From contig NC_069007.1 of the NCBI RefSeq assembly GCF_001194135.2, forward strand, positions 5,253,539 through 5,311,289: DNA of 57,751 nucleotides, in the 5' to 3' direction. This document shows positions 25,130-36,595 of the stretch, piece by piece. Both the position numbers and the translations under genes were made by a program. The stretch comes from Octopus bimaculoides. Its lineage: Eukaryota. A model generated the notes under the pieces. It was not told where the DNA came from. It made no database searches and saw only the letters and a list, made by a program, of their open reading frames with translations. The stretch's first letter is position 1. The number at the start of each line of letters is the position of its first letter.

Positions 25130-25942
25130 TATTATTATTATTATACAAATGAATGTATTGTTTATTTTAAGAAAGAAAAAAAATTTTAACTTCCAGGGCA
25201 ATCCAACCACGACAACCTCATCTGTTTTGGTGGGTGGCAGGGTGTCCCTATTGTGTTTAAACAATAGGGTGTGATTTCAGTTTGAATTGCCTGCTATTTC
25301 TAGCAGGCCGATTGACCACATACAGGGTCTCCCAGTGAAACATTGTTGTTACTGTTGCTGCTGCTGCCGCTACTACCACCACCACCACCACCACCACTAC
25401 CACTACTACTACTACTACTACTACAGCATGAAGGAGGGGTAAGAGAAGGGTAGGTTTTCTTTCTCAATGGTTGAGTTTGTAACAGTGATAGTAGTGGTAG
25501 TGGCAGGGCTGGCTGTAGTATTGGTGGTGGTGGTAGTAGCAGTAGTAGTAGTAAGATGCGAAAGAATGAGTGAATGATGGAAGGACAAAGAATGATAGAA
25601 AGGGGTGTTGGGAGAAAAGATTGAAAGAGAGGAGTGAAGAAAAAAGGTAGAAGTGCATGAATGATTGATGAATGAGGTAATTAGCAAGAAGTGGGCGAGG
25701 GTACAAGAAAAGGGGAAGGGTGGAGAACTCTCAAAGATGCTGCATTTTACCCCTACATCTTTCCCTCTCGCTGCCAACCTGACCCATGGATGGAATGACC
25801 ATTATCGTTATATATATAGTTAAAACTATCAATAGGTCAGCAATAAATAGTTTGGATATACTCTGGAGAAAATGATTTCCGATTTGCTCTTTATGTCCTC
25901 AAGTACTTAAATAAAGATGTTGGTGAACTTACACTCTCTCTC

Positions 25943-26023
25943 TCTCTTTACTCTTTTACTTGTTTCAGTCATTCGACTGCGGCCATGCTGGAGCACCGCC
26001 TTTAGTCGAGCAAATCGACCCCA
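25943..26023 (-). mobile_element. SINE-B 3' tail fragment
   Basis: Near-exact tail sequence. Confidence 0.85.
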
Positions 26024-26187
26024 GTTGTAAGTATGTACATACATGTACGTATATATGCATATACTCATTTACTATTTGTATTATATATATATGACATAGC
26101 ATAAATAATGATCATGCATATTTTTCCTTTATTGCAGTAAGTTTGACTTACAGCTGTTTCCAGTAGTTATTATAGGTTCATTATAGT

Positions 26188-26414
26188 AAGGCGGTGAGCT
26201 GGCAGAAACGTTAGTAGGCCGGGCGAAATACTTAGTGGTATTTCATCTGTCTTTATGTTCTAAGTTCAAATTCCGCCGAGGTCGACTTTGCTTTTCATCC
26301 TTTCAGGGTCAATAAATTAAGTACCAGCTACATACTGGTGTCGATCTAATCGACTGCCCCCCCCCCGGCCGCTCCACCCCCAAAATTTCAGGCCTTGTGC
26401 CTTGAGTAGAAAAG
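26188..26414 (+). mobile_element. SINE-C, near-consensus, with 16-bp TSD
   Basis: attataggttc(a/g)ttat at 26169-26184 and 26415-26430. Confidence 0.9.
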
Positions 26415-27752
26415 ATTATAGGTTCGTTATTGGTAGGTTTACTCAATCGGTCAAGTGATAGGTTGAAAATAAATAGAACAGCCTGAAAAAATTAAGGTTA
26501 CTGACCTTACCACAAGAATACGAAGAGTTGAGGAGTTCTTTACTAATCCAAACATTATTGTTCCCACTTCATACCTCCAAAGCCACATGGAATAAAAGAT
26601 CCCTTACTTGAAAATTGATTAAGGGTTAGTGACAAGAAGTGCATCCAGCTTTAAAAGAATTTCTCCTGTAACATATTTGTCTAACCCATACAGGCATAGA
26701 GAAACAGATATAAAACAAACAAATAGACGAACAAAACTAAATCTGTCATCATTAAAATGATGTTTGAAACATAAATCAATGAAAAATTCTTCCATAAAAA
26801 TTCTAACGGAAAGCATTAGTTTAATTACAAATACTTTAAAATGGATAGTTTTGCATTGTGGAACCAAAAGCAGTCTCTCAAAGCTTCCTATAAAAACGTT
26901 TATGCTTTCAAATCCTCTGTTTCTTTATGAAAATTCATTCCACCGATCTTTATAGTCGTTATCCGTCCTCCAAATTGTTGATTTATGTGAATACTTATTT
27001 TCAAACACTGCTTCTATTATTTTGAATATTTTACCGTTTTTATTCTCACTCTCTCTCTCTCTCTTTCTCTCTTTTATTATTATTACCATTATTATTATCA
27101 TGATCATTTTGTTTCATTTTTGTTAATGTTGTAAGCTGAAGTAAGATGTTTTTTATGAGATTATGCAATTCACACACAAAACACTTTTTAACATGGATTA
27201 ATTTCTGATGCCATATATATATATATATATATATAAATATATATGCCTTGTGCAGTTATTGATATGAAATGTAAATATTTGTGTTTCTAAAATGTAATCC
27301 TAAAGAATATGATGCTTTGCAATGATAAGAAGCAAATTTGGTTGGGGATTTTTTTCGCCTAAAACATCATATATCTTATTGGCGTCAGAAGAATTTATAA
27401 TTTTTGAAGAGAATGTGGCATAATTATTCTTTTTGGAACTAGATCTTGAAGTATATATAATTCTATAAATAATAGCATGTAAATACTGGATTGGAAAACC
27501 CTTTCAGATAAAAGAAAAAAGTGTTTATCGATCCAATATTCATATGCTGTTTCTTATAGCTTTATATGTTCTCCAAGATCCAGTTTCAAAAGACGAATTA
27601 TCATATATCCAATAAGATCGAAATCATATAGTCTGATGGTCTCGGAGCTAGAGTGGCAGGAGTTCTCTCCCACTTGCAATAAATATTGAGTGCAAAAGTG
27701 CACTGAATAAACCAGCTGCAGGAGATCTCTTTCTGAGGTTAAAATTGCAGAA

Positions 27753-27997
27753 CAGTAATCTCTCACCATATTGTGCTTCACCTATCATGGTTTACCTATT
27801 GTGGTTTACCTATCATGGTTTATTATTTAAGCTTACGTCAATTCCTCCATGGTATTGCTTTGCATTTATAATAAGATAAATATATACAAATTATAAAAAT
27901 AAGAAAACATACACACTACACAGTTTCTATATCATGGATTTTCACCAATCGCAGGGGATTTTAGAATATAACACCCATGATAGTTGAGGGATTATTG
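27753..27997. mobile_element. Tigger/pogo-like MITE remnant
   Basis: TIR-like ends cagtaatctctc / gagggattattg followed by TA; internal repeats typical of pogo-family MITE subtermini. Confidence 0.6.
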
Positions 27998-28122
27998 TAT
28001 TGTCATCTCGTAGAGAAAACCCATGTTAACGTGACAATAAACACTGCCTTTTTAAATTTTACTTTTCATCTAATAGACTACATGTTTGTACATGTATAAA
28101 CATATATTTTTATTTTTATTCT

Positions 28123-28428
28123 ATGTGCCCTTTTAAAGCCTAGCAAGGCTCATGGGCCCGGTTTCCTGGTTTCTATGGCGTATGTGTTCCCCCCAGCTGG
28201 ACGGGATGCCAGTCCATCGCAGCGTTACTCAAGAAACAGGAAGAAAGAGTGAGAGAGAAAGTTAGGGTGAAAGAGTACAACAGGGGTCACCACCACCCCC
28301 TGCTGGAGCCTCAGGGAGCTTTAGGTGTTTTCACTCAATAAACGCACACAACGCCAGGTCTGGGAATTGAAACCACAATCCTCCGACCACGAGTCCGCTG
28401 CCCTAACCACTGAGCCATTGCGCCTCCA
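28123..28428 (-). mobile_element. SINE-A head with alternative 3' tail
   Basis: Same 5' 190 bp as SINE-A, then gcgatggactggcatcccgtccag... instead of the standard tail. Confidence 0.8.
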
Positions 28429-28444
28429 TATAAACATGTATACA

Positions 28445-28640
28445 CATACATACACACTCATATACACGTACCAGTGCAGGTATGACCGTGTAGTAAAAAG
28501 TTTGCTTCTCAATTGCATGGTTCTGGATTCAATTACATTGCTTGGCAACTTGGGCAAGTACCCTCTTCTGGTTGCTCAGGGTGAGCATAACCTAGTGAAT
28601 AGATTTGGCAGACAGAAACTGAAAGAAGCCTATGGTATGT
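28445..28640 (+). mobile_element. SINE-B 5' half, degenerate, running into a gap
   Basis: Head and core similarity. Confidence 0.6.
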
Positions 28641-29228
28641 GTGTGTGCATGTGCATTTATNNNNNNNNNNNNNNNNNNNNNNNNNNNNNNNNNNNNNNNN
28701 NNNNNNNNNNNNNNNNNNNNNNNNNNNNNNNNNNNNNNNNNNNNNNNNNNNNNNNNNNNNNNNNNNNNNNNNNNNNNNNNNNNNNNNNNNNNNNNNNNNN
28801 NNNNNNNNNNNNNNNNNNNNNNNNNNNNNNNNNNNNNNNNNNNNNNNNNNNNNNNNNNNNNNNNNNNNNNNNNNNNNNNNNNNNNNNNNNNNNNNNNNNN
28901 NNNNNNNNNNNNNNNNNNNNNNNNNNNNNNNNNNNNNNNNNNNNNNNNNNNNNNNNNNNNNNNNNNNNNNNNNNNNNNNNNNNNNNNNNNNNNNNNNNNN
29001 NNNNNNNNNNNNNNNNNNNNNNNNNNNNNNNNNNNNNNNNNNNNNNNNNNNNNNNNNNNNNNNNNNNNNNNNNNNNNNNNNNNNNNNNNNNNNNNNNNNN
29101 NNNNNNNNNNNNNNNNNNNNNNNNNNNNNNNNNNNNNNNNNNNNNNNNNNNNNNNNNNNNNNNNNNNNNNNNNNNNNNNNNNNNNNNNNNNNNNNNNNNN
29201 NNNNNNNNNNNNNNNNNNNNNNNNNNNN

Positions 29229-29533
29229 GTGTAATGGACTTTCGAGCGAGATCATTGCCAGTGCCCCTGGATTGGCTCTTGTGTGAGTGGCACATAAAAC
29301 ACACCATTTGAGCGTGGCCGTTGCCAGTACCGCCTGACTGGCCTTCGTGCGGGTGACACGTAAAAGCACTCACTACACTCTCAGAGTGGTTGGCGTTAGG
29401 AAGGGCATCCAGCTGTAGAAACTCTGCCAAATCAGGTTGGAGCCTGGTGTAGCCATCTGGTTTCAGTCCTCAGTCAAATCGTCCAACCCATGCTAGCATG
29501 GAAAGCGGACGTTAAACGATGATGATGATGATA
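29229..29533 (+). mobile_element. RTE LINE 3'UTR with (GAT)n tail
   Basis: Tandem units, ggaagggcatccagctgtag, and ccaacccatgctagcatggaaagcggacgttaaacgatgatg. Confidence 0.85.
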
Positions 29534-29684
29534 TATTTATATAAAATACATCAAGTACAGGACATCACCAAAGAGTAAAAAATATGTAGACAAACAAGTG
29601 ATAAGTACAGGACAGATGAGCAAAAAGTATGTTTTATCGCTTGTGTGTCCCTGAAACTGCTGGCCTTGTGCCAAAATTTGAAAC

Positions 29685-29733
<49 letters not shown>

Positions 29734-29745
29734 GTTATTATTGAT

Positions 29746-29959
29746 AAGGCTAGCAGAATCATTACCATGCCAGGCAAAATGCTTAGTGGTATTTCGTCTG
29801 TCTATACATTCTGAGTTCAAATTCCACTGAGGTCAGCTTTGCCTTTCATCCTATTGGGGGTCGATAAATTAAGTACCAGTGAAACACTGGGGTCAGTGTA
29901 ATCAACTATCCCCCTCCTCCAAAATTTCAGGCCTTGTGTCTATAGTAGAAAGGATTATT
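29746..29959 (+). mobile_element. SINE-C
   Basis: Preceded by the (ATT)n tail of another SINE-C fragment (29650-29742). Confidence 0.88.
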
Positions 29960-29962
29960 GTT

Positions 29963-30522
29963 GAGTGAGAGAGCAGTGCATGCCATCAAAGTGACCCTGG
30001 GGTAAAATATACAAAGCCCAGTATAAACCATCATGACTACTCGTCTGATAAGGGTACACCAGGCACATTCATCACAACCATACGTGCTCATCATGGTGAT
30101 CTCATATCAAGATAAACAGCGCATGACCTTGCAGGTGGGGCCCAGTTAGAATTTTCTTCAGGTCGAGTAGCCCATCCCACTCAAAAGGTCCCTGAATAAG
30201 GTTTGTTTAAGGATGCTGAGCGAAACACCCATGTTTCCAAAGGTGAATTATCCAAATCCCAAAGAATTCCTCTCAACACATGGCTATGATGCTCCCCCAC
30301 TACTTCTGCTCATGATCAGAGATGCACATATCGTCAGCCACAAAGGGACATGCTCAATTGGTTAAGGTCAAACAACTGACAAGCAAATCTGTGGTATTGA
30401 GCAGAATATTTGCTGTAGCCCATCTTTTTATACCAAGACAAAACAATGTACATGATAACACTTCCAATCGATTAAGATCAGAAGCCATGAGATCCACTGC
30501 CTGGCACTGCATCAGGGCATTT
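29963..30522 (-). mobile_element. Element D, longest copy (560 bp)
   Basis: Flanked by ATT repeats. Its 5' end matches that of the copy at 34657-34897. Confidence 0.75.
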
Positions 30523-30529
30523 ATTATTA

Positions 30530-30560
<31 letters not shown>

Positions 30561-30595
30561 GTAGTAGTAGTAGTAGTAGTATTGTCATTATTATT

Positions 30596-30804
30596 TCAAA
30601 GGGAGCAAGCTGGCCAAATGATGGGCCTAATGCTCAGTAGCGTTCTGTCTGACTTTATGTTCTGAATTCAGATGCCACCAATATTGACTTTGTCTTTCAT
30701 TCTCTCAGGGTCAATAAAATAAGTACCAGTTGAGTACTGGGGGTCGATGTAATTGGCTTATCCCCTCCACCAGAATTACTGGCCTTGTGCCAAAATTTGA
30801 AACT

Positions 30805-30878
<74 letters not shown>

Positions 30879-31150
30879 GGCAGTGAGCTGGCTGAGTCAT
30901 TAGCACGCTGGGCAAAATACTTACCAGCATTTTGTCCATCTTGATGTTCTGAGTTCAAATTCAGCCGAGGTCGACTTTGCCTTTCATCCTTTTGGGGGTC
31001 GATAAAATAAGTACCAGTGAAACACTGGCGGGNNNNNNNNNNTTGGGGGTCGATAAAATAAGTACCAGTGAAACACTGGCGGGGGGGGTCAATGTAATAG
31101 ACTCATCCCCTCCCCCAAAATTGCTGCCTTTGTTGCAAAAATTGAAACCA
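30596..31150 (+). mobile_element. Head-to-tail SINE-C copies (last one duplicated across a 10-N gap)
   Basis: 30596-30805, (CAT)(TAT)n, 30877-31032, gap, 31043-31150. Confidence 0.8.
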
Positions 31151-31178
31151 TCATCATCATTATTATTATTATTATTAT

Positions 31179-31231
<53 letters not shown>

Positions 31232-31232
31232 T

Positions 31233-31275
<43 letters not shown>

Positions 31276-31580
31276 GCTGTTACTCTCATGATTATTGATG
31301 CTGAAGTACTGAGAACAGAAAACATGGTTTTTTTGTCTTCTCTCTGTAATGTCGTGTCTTTTCACTTCTCTTCATTGATATTTTCGTTTGCAGCATTTTT
31401 TCAACTACTGGAATTAAATGGTAATTCCAATCGCATGGAACCACTACTCTGCAGTCTCTTCATGTGTTTTATGGCATAATTATGCCATAAATTATCGACC
31501 AGTCATATTTGTTACAATATTTTCAATAACATGCATATAATACTGTTGTGATAGTAACTACAATGATATTGCCATAGAGA

Positions 31581-31584
<4 letters not shown>

Positions 31585-31633
<49 letters not shown>

Positions 31634-31700
31634 TATTATTATTATTATTATAAAACAACCAATAATGATGATGATGATGATGATAATAAAAAAAAAAAAA

Positions 31701-31753
<53 letters not shown>

Positions 31754-31870
31754 TAATAATAATAACAACAATAATAATAATAATAATAATAATTATTATT
31801 ATTATTATAAAACAACCAATAATGATGATGATGATAATAAAAATGATAATAATAATAATAATAATAATAA
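31585..31870. repeat. Compound (AAT)/(ATT)/(GAT) microsatellite
   Basis: Direct inspection. Confidence 0.9.
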
Positions 31871-32431
31871 GGAATAATTTTTAAAAATATACAGCTGAAG
31901 ATTTTTTTCATAACATGATAAAATATATGAACAGAATGTATAAAAATGATATTTTCTATTTTTAATTATGAATTATGAATGTTGACTCATTGAACGGAAA
32001 ATTGAGTTATTCATTATTCGTAATTCGCATTTTCTTTCTTTTTGATATTTTGTTCTGTATTCAAATCATGCCAGAGTCAACATAACCCCTCATCCTTTCA
32101 ATAGTGATGATGGTGATGGTGGTGGTTGTGGCGATGGTGGGGAGAAGGTCAATAAAATAAATACTGATGAAGGACTGGGATTATTATAAGCAACAAAGAC
32201 CCTTCCCTTAAAACACTTGCCCCTTCCCTCGAAATATTTAGCCTTGTATTTATGTAGGAAAATGCTGCTTTGTTTTGCATTTATTTCTCTAAAATGATTT
32301 CGTATACAGCTATATTTATCTCCTACAGAACTTGGATGTTGTTTTAGAACACAAAATACTGCATTATTTGTCACGAGAGGATGTCTCATACAGACTTATA
32401 ATACATAAAAGCACACTTGTTTATATCATTG

Positions 32432-32762
32432 CTTGTGCCGGTGGCGCATGAAAAGACATTCGAGCGAGATCGTTGCCAGTGCCGCTGGACTGGCTCTTGT
32501 GCAGGTGGCACATAATATACACCATTTTGAGCATGGCTGTTGCCAGTACCGCATGACTGGCCTTCGTGCCGGTGGCACATAAAAGCACCCACTACACTCT
32601 CGGAGTGGTTGGCGTTAGGAAGGGCATCCAGCTGTAGAAACTCTGCCAAATCAGATTGGAGCCTGGTGCCGCCTCCTGTTTCACCAGTCCTCAGTCAAAT
32701 CGTCCAACCCATGCTAGCATGGAAAGCAGACGTTAAACGATGATGATGATGATGATGATGAT
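32432..32762 (+). mobile_element. RTE LINE 3'UTR with three approximately 65-bp tandem units and (GAT)n tail
   Basis: Units begin gtgc(c/a)ggtggc; standard RTE-type tail. Confidence 0.85.
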
Positions 32763-33191
32763 GGTGGTAGGCGATAACCAATCGCTATGGCCACCAGAAT
32801 AGTCAGATCATGTGATTTCACTCATCTTTCAATGATAGACGTCCTGTTAGAAATAGCAGCTGGTTCCCTCATCAATGATACATAGAATCTCAGGGCCTAA
32901 CCAAACGCTGATACTGCAAACAGCCAGTGAGCTTATTAAAAAATAATTATTATTGACAGAAGCTGTGTTAATACCAAAGCTAATATTTATCTCCAACTTA
33001 ACATAAATGTTGTGATAGAACAAAGGACTTGTGGTGCATAAAAACACTTGAAGTTATATCATTGGCAGAAAGACATGATTTCACCCTGCTGTGGCTTCGT
33101 CAGTGACAGATGTCCTGCAACATGATAACAGCCAAATCTCCTGTCAATAATTCCTCAGGGTGGTGCTCCAGCATGGCTGCAGTCTAATGAT

Positions 33192-33581
33192 TACTCTCTT
33201 TTCCTCTCTTTTACTTGTTACAGTCATTTGACTGTGGCCATGCTGGAGCACCGCCTTTAGTCAAGCAAATCGACCTCAGGACTTATTCTTTGTAAGCCTA
33301 GTACTTATTTTATCGGTCTGTTTTGCCGAATCGCTAAGTTACGGGGACGTAAACACACCAGCATCGGTTGTAAAGCGATGTTGGGGGGACAAACACAGAC
33401 ACACAAACACACACATATATATATACATATACATATATATGACGGGCTCCTTTCAAGTTTCCGTCTACCAAATCCACTCACAAGGCTTTGGTCGGCCCGA
33501 GGCTAAAGTAGAAGACACTCGCCCAATGTGCTACGCGGTGGGACTGAACCCGGAACCATGTGGTTGGTAAGCAAGCTACTT
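33192..33581 (-). mobile_element. SINE-B inserted inside the tail of an opposite-strand SINE-B
   Basis: Host tail split: ...gcagtctaatga (33150-33191) and ttgaaacaaataaaagataaaaga (33584-33608). Confidence 0.85.
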
Positions 33582-33823
33582 TATTTGAAACAAATAAAAG
33601 ATAAAAGATGTATATTTATTATGTTTACATGATGGGCTTCTTTTGGTTTCCCTCTACCAACTCCACTCACAAGGCTTTGGGTCAGCTTGGAGCTGTAAAA
33701 GAAGACACTTGTCCAATGTACACACATGGTGGGATTGAACCAGAGATGACACAGTTGCTAAGCCAGCTTCTTAATCACACAGCCATACAATCTTTAAAAA
33801 AGACAAAAAAACAAATATAACCA

Positions 33824-33861
<38 letters not shown>

Positions 33862-34427
33862 TAGGCAATATGTTTGTAGATATACAAACGATAAATAAAT
33901 AAACAAATAAAAGACCAGATTTGTAATCATAGGCGGAACACCTATGATCATGTACCATCTCTGTCAGTCCTAAACCTAGGGTTAAATGACAGCCGGAACA
34001 ACAATAACAACTAGAACAATAACAACATTCTATATAAAGATGATGAAACGGTTGTTGAAATGATGATGATGATGATGATGAATTAAAGAAATAAATAACT
34101 GTGTTTTTTATGTAAGTTTTTCCTTTGTTTTTTTTTTCGTATCATTATCATGTTGAGTTCAATAGATTCATTGAAAAACTTCAGTCAATGCAAATAAAAG
34201 CTTTTCTTTGTAGTGGAGAAACTGAAAATAATATTCCAAAACTCAACATAAAATAAAGAAAAATATTTCATATGTAGATTTTAGGGCATGGCTGTGTGAT
34301 AAGAGGCTTGTTTCCCAACCACATGATTCCAGGTTCAGTCCCACTCAACACCTTGGGCTGACCAAAGCCTTGAGAGTGGATTTGGTAGATGGAAACTGAA
34401 AGACACCTGTTGTATGTAAACATACAT

Positions 34428-34470
<43 letters not shown>

Positions 34471-34473
<3 letters not shown>

Positions 34474-34652
34474 TCATCATTTGACGTCCGTTATCCATAC
34501 TGGCATGAGTTGGATGGTGTCACTGGGCTGGCACACTGGAAGGCTGTGCCAGACTCTAGTCTGATTTAGCGTGGTTTTCCATGGTTGGATGCCCTTCCTA
34601 ACAGTAACCATTCTGAGAGTGAAATGGGTGCTTTTACATGCCACTGGTATGA
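34471..34652 (-). mobile_element. RTE LINE 3' end, diverged
   Basis: catcatcatttgacgtcc tail and ggatgcccttcc core. Confidence 0.7.
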
Positions 34653-34656
34653 CTGT

Positions 34657-34897
34657 GATGCTCCCCAACTACTTCTGCTCGTGATCAGAGATGCACATAT
34701 CATCAGCCACAAAGGGACATGCTTGACTGATTAAGGTCAAACAACTAACAAGCAAATCTGTAGTATTAAGCTATTAAGCAGAATATTTGCTGTGGCCCAT
34801 CTTTTACACCAAGACAAAACACGTACATGATAACACTTTCAATTAGTTAAGATCAGAAGCCATGAGAACCACTGCTTTCTACTGCATTAGAGTATTT
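34657..34897 (-). mobile_element. Element D, 5' half
   Basis: Matches 30287-30522. Confidence 0.72.
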
Positions 34898-34964
34898 ATA
34901 ATTCCTCTAAATTACTGGCCTTGTACTAAAACTTAAAATTATTATTATTAATATTATTATCATA

Positions 34965-35180
34965 AAGGCAATGAGCTGGCAGAATCATTAGCTTGGTGGA
35001 TGAAATGCTTAGTGGCATTTTGTCTGTCTTCATGTTCTGGGTTCAAACTCCACTGAGATTGACATTGCCTCTTCTCCTCTTGGGGTTGATAAATTCAGCA
35101 CCAGTTGAGCACTAGGGTTCATGTAATTGACTAGTCCACCTCCCCCAAATTTCAGGCCTTGTGCCTATAGTAGAAAGGAT
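34965..35180 (+). mobile_element. SINE-C with (ATT)n tail
   Basis: Head, core and gtgcctatagtagaaaggattatt tail. Confidence 0.85.
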
Positions 35181-35201
35181 TATTATTATTATTATTATTA
35201 T

Positions 35202-35707
35202 GTTTTTTTTTCTTCTTTCTTCAAATTTTCTTCCATTTCTCGCCAAGTGTCTTCTGTACGCCTAGGGCAGAGAAACTCATTGTATGCATTCCCAGCTTAC
35301 ACATGCAAATTCACAGGTAAAATATGTATTTAAATAAATAAATAAATACATAAATTCATTAATGGATGTTGTTTTCACAGCGATAATGCTCTTCTCAGTA
35401 CATGAGTCGTTCCAGTTAGCACGATTTTTTGCACTTCCGGCAGGGATGGTAAGCCTGGTATCATTTTCAAATAGGTTTCAGTACCTTTTTTTTTAATCAT
35501 TCCTAGAAATCCTACAATCACTGGCACGGTAGTCGCCTTGAGGTGCCACATTTTTCAGTTTCTATTAGCAAGTCTTTATATTTACTGATCTTGTCAAATT
35601 CTTTCGCCGCTATATTATGATCGCAAGGAATACTCATATCAATTAATAAACACATCTTCTTTGTCTGATCTTTTATAATAATATCCGGTTTATTGGCTTG
35701 TATAACC

Positions 35708-35709
<2 letters not shown>
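35202..35709 (-). mobile_element. 5'-truncated R4/Dong-like LINE (subfamily 2) within (AAT)n
   Basis: KVIQANKPDIIIKDQTKKMCLLIDMSIPCDHNIAAKEFDKISKYKDLLIETEK, then with frameshifts WHLKATTVPVIVGFLGMIKK and GTETYLKMIPGLPSLPEVQKIVLTGTTHVLRRALSL* (stop 35375-35377). Contains the PD..D RLE motif; 3'UTR ends at (AAT)n. Confidence 0.88.
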
Positions 35710-35742
<33 letters not shown>

Positions 35743-36023
35743 NNNNNNNNNNNNNNNNNNNNNNNNNNNNNNNNNNNNNNNNNNNNNNNNNNNNNNNNNN
35801 NNNNNNNNNNNNNNNNNNNNNNNNNNNNNNNNNNNNNNNNNNNNNNNNNNNNNNNNNNNNNNNNNNNNNNNNNNNNNNNNNNNNNNNNNNNNNNNNNNNN
35901 NNNNNNNNNNNNNNNNNNNNNNNNNNNNNNNNNNNNNNNNNNNNNNNNNNAAAGGTTTTGAATAATAATATATACTAAATGTGAGTGGCTCTTTCAAATT
36001 GGCAAACAAGGCTTTGTCAGTGT

Positions 36024-36076
<53 letters not shown>

Positions 36077-36196
36077 CATTAAATCATAAATCTGAAAGAG
36101 AAGCACACTCTAAGTTACAGAAGTGCCTTATGGACATGAAACACTAGGTAAGACTATGAACTGGCCATAACTAGCATTCTGTCTGTCTGTCCGTCC

Positions 36197-36231
<35 letters not shown>

Positions 36232-36563
36232 AGATTTGTTTCTTTGTTTATCATAACAAAGGAAAGCATTGAATCATCGGAAATATATACATGCACATAT
36301 ATATAATATATATATTTACATACACATATATAGACATATACATGCATATGTAAACATACATACACATACATATACACTGATATATATGTGTGTGTATATG
36401 TGTGTGTGTATGCACGTATATATATATAATATATATATATATGCACACGTATATTTGTACACACACGCATATAAACATATACATGTATATACAAACATAC
36501 ATATACAATGATATATATATGTGCGCATGTGTGTGTGTATATATATATGTACATAGAAATACA

Positions 36564-36595
<32 letters not shown>

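Noticed and set aside
26510-26573. Possible minus-strand exon YEVGTIMFGLVKNSSTLRILV with a gtaagg donor
   Set aside because: Weak acceptor, and the phase required after exon 37701 (phase 1) gives an immediate stop.
32432-32600. Short repeats with spacer-like intervals as a CRISPR-like array
   Set aside because: Eukaryotic RTE 3'UTR; the intervals are homologous to each other and no cas genes are present.
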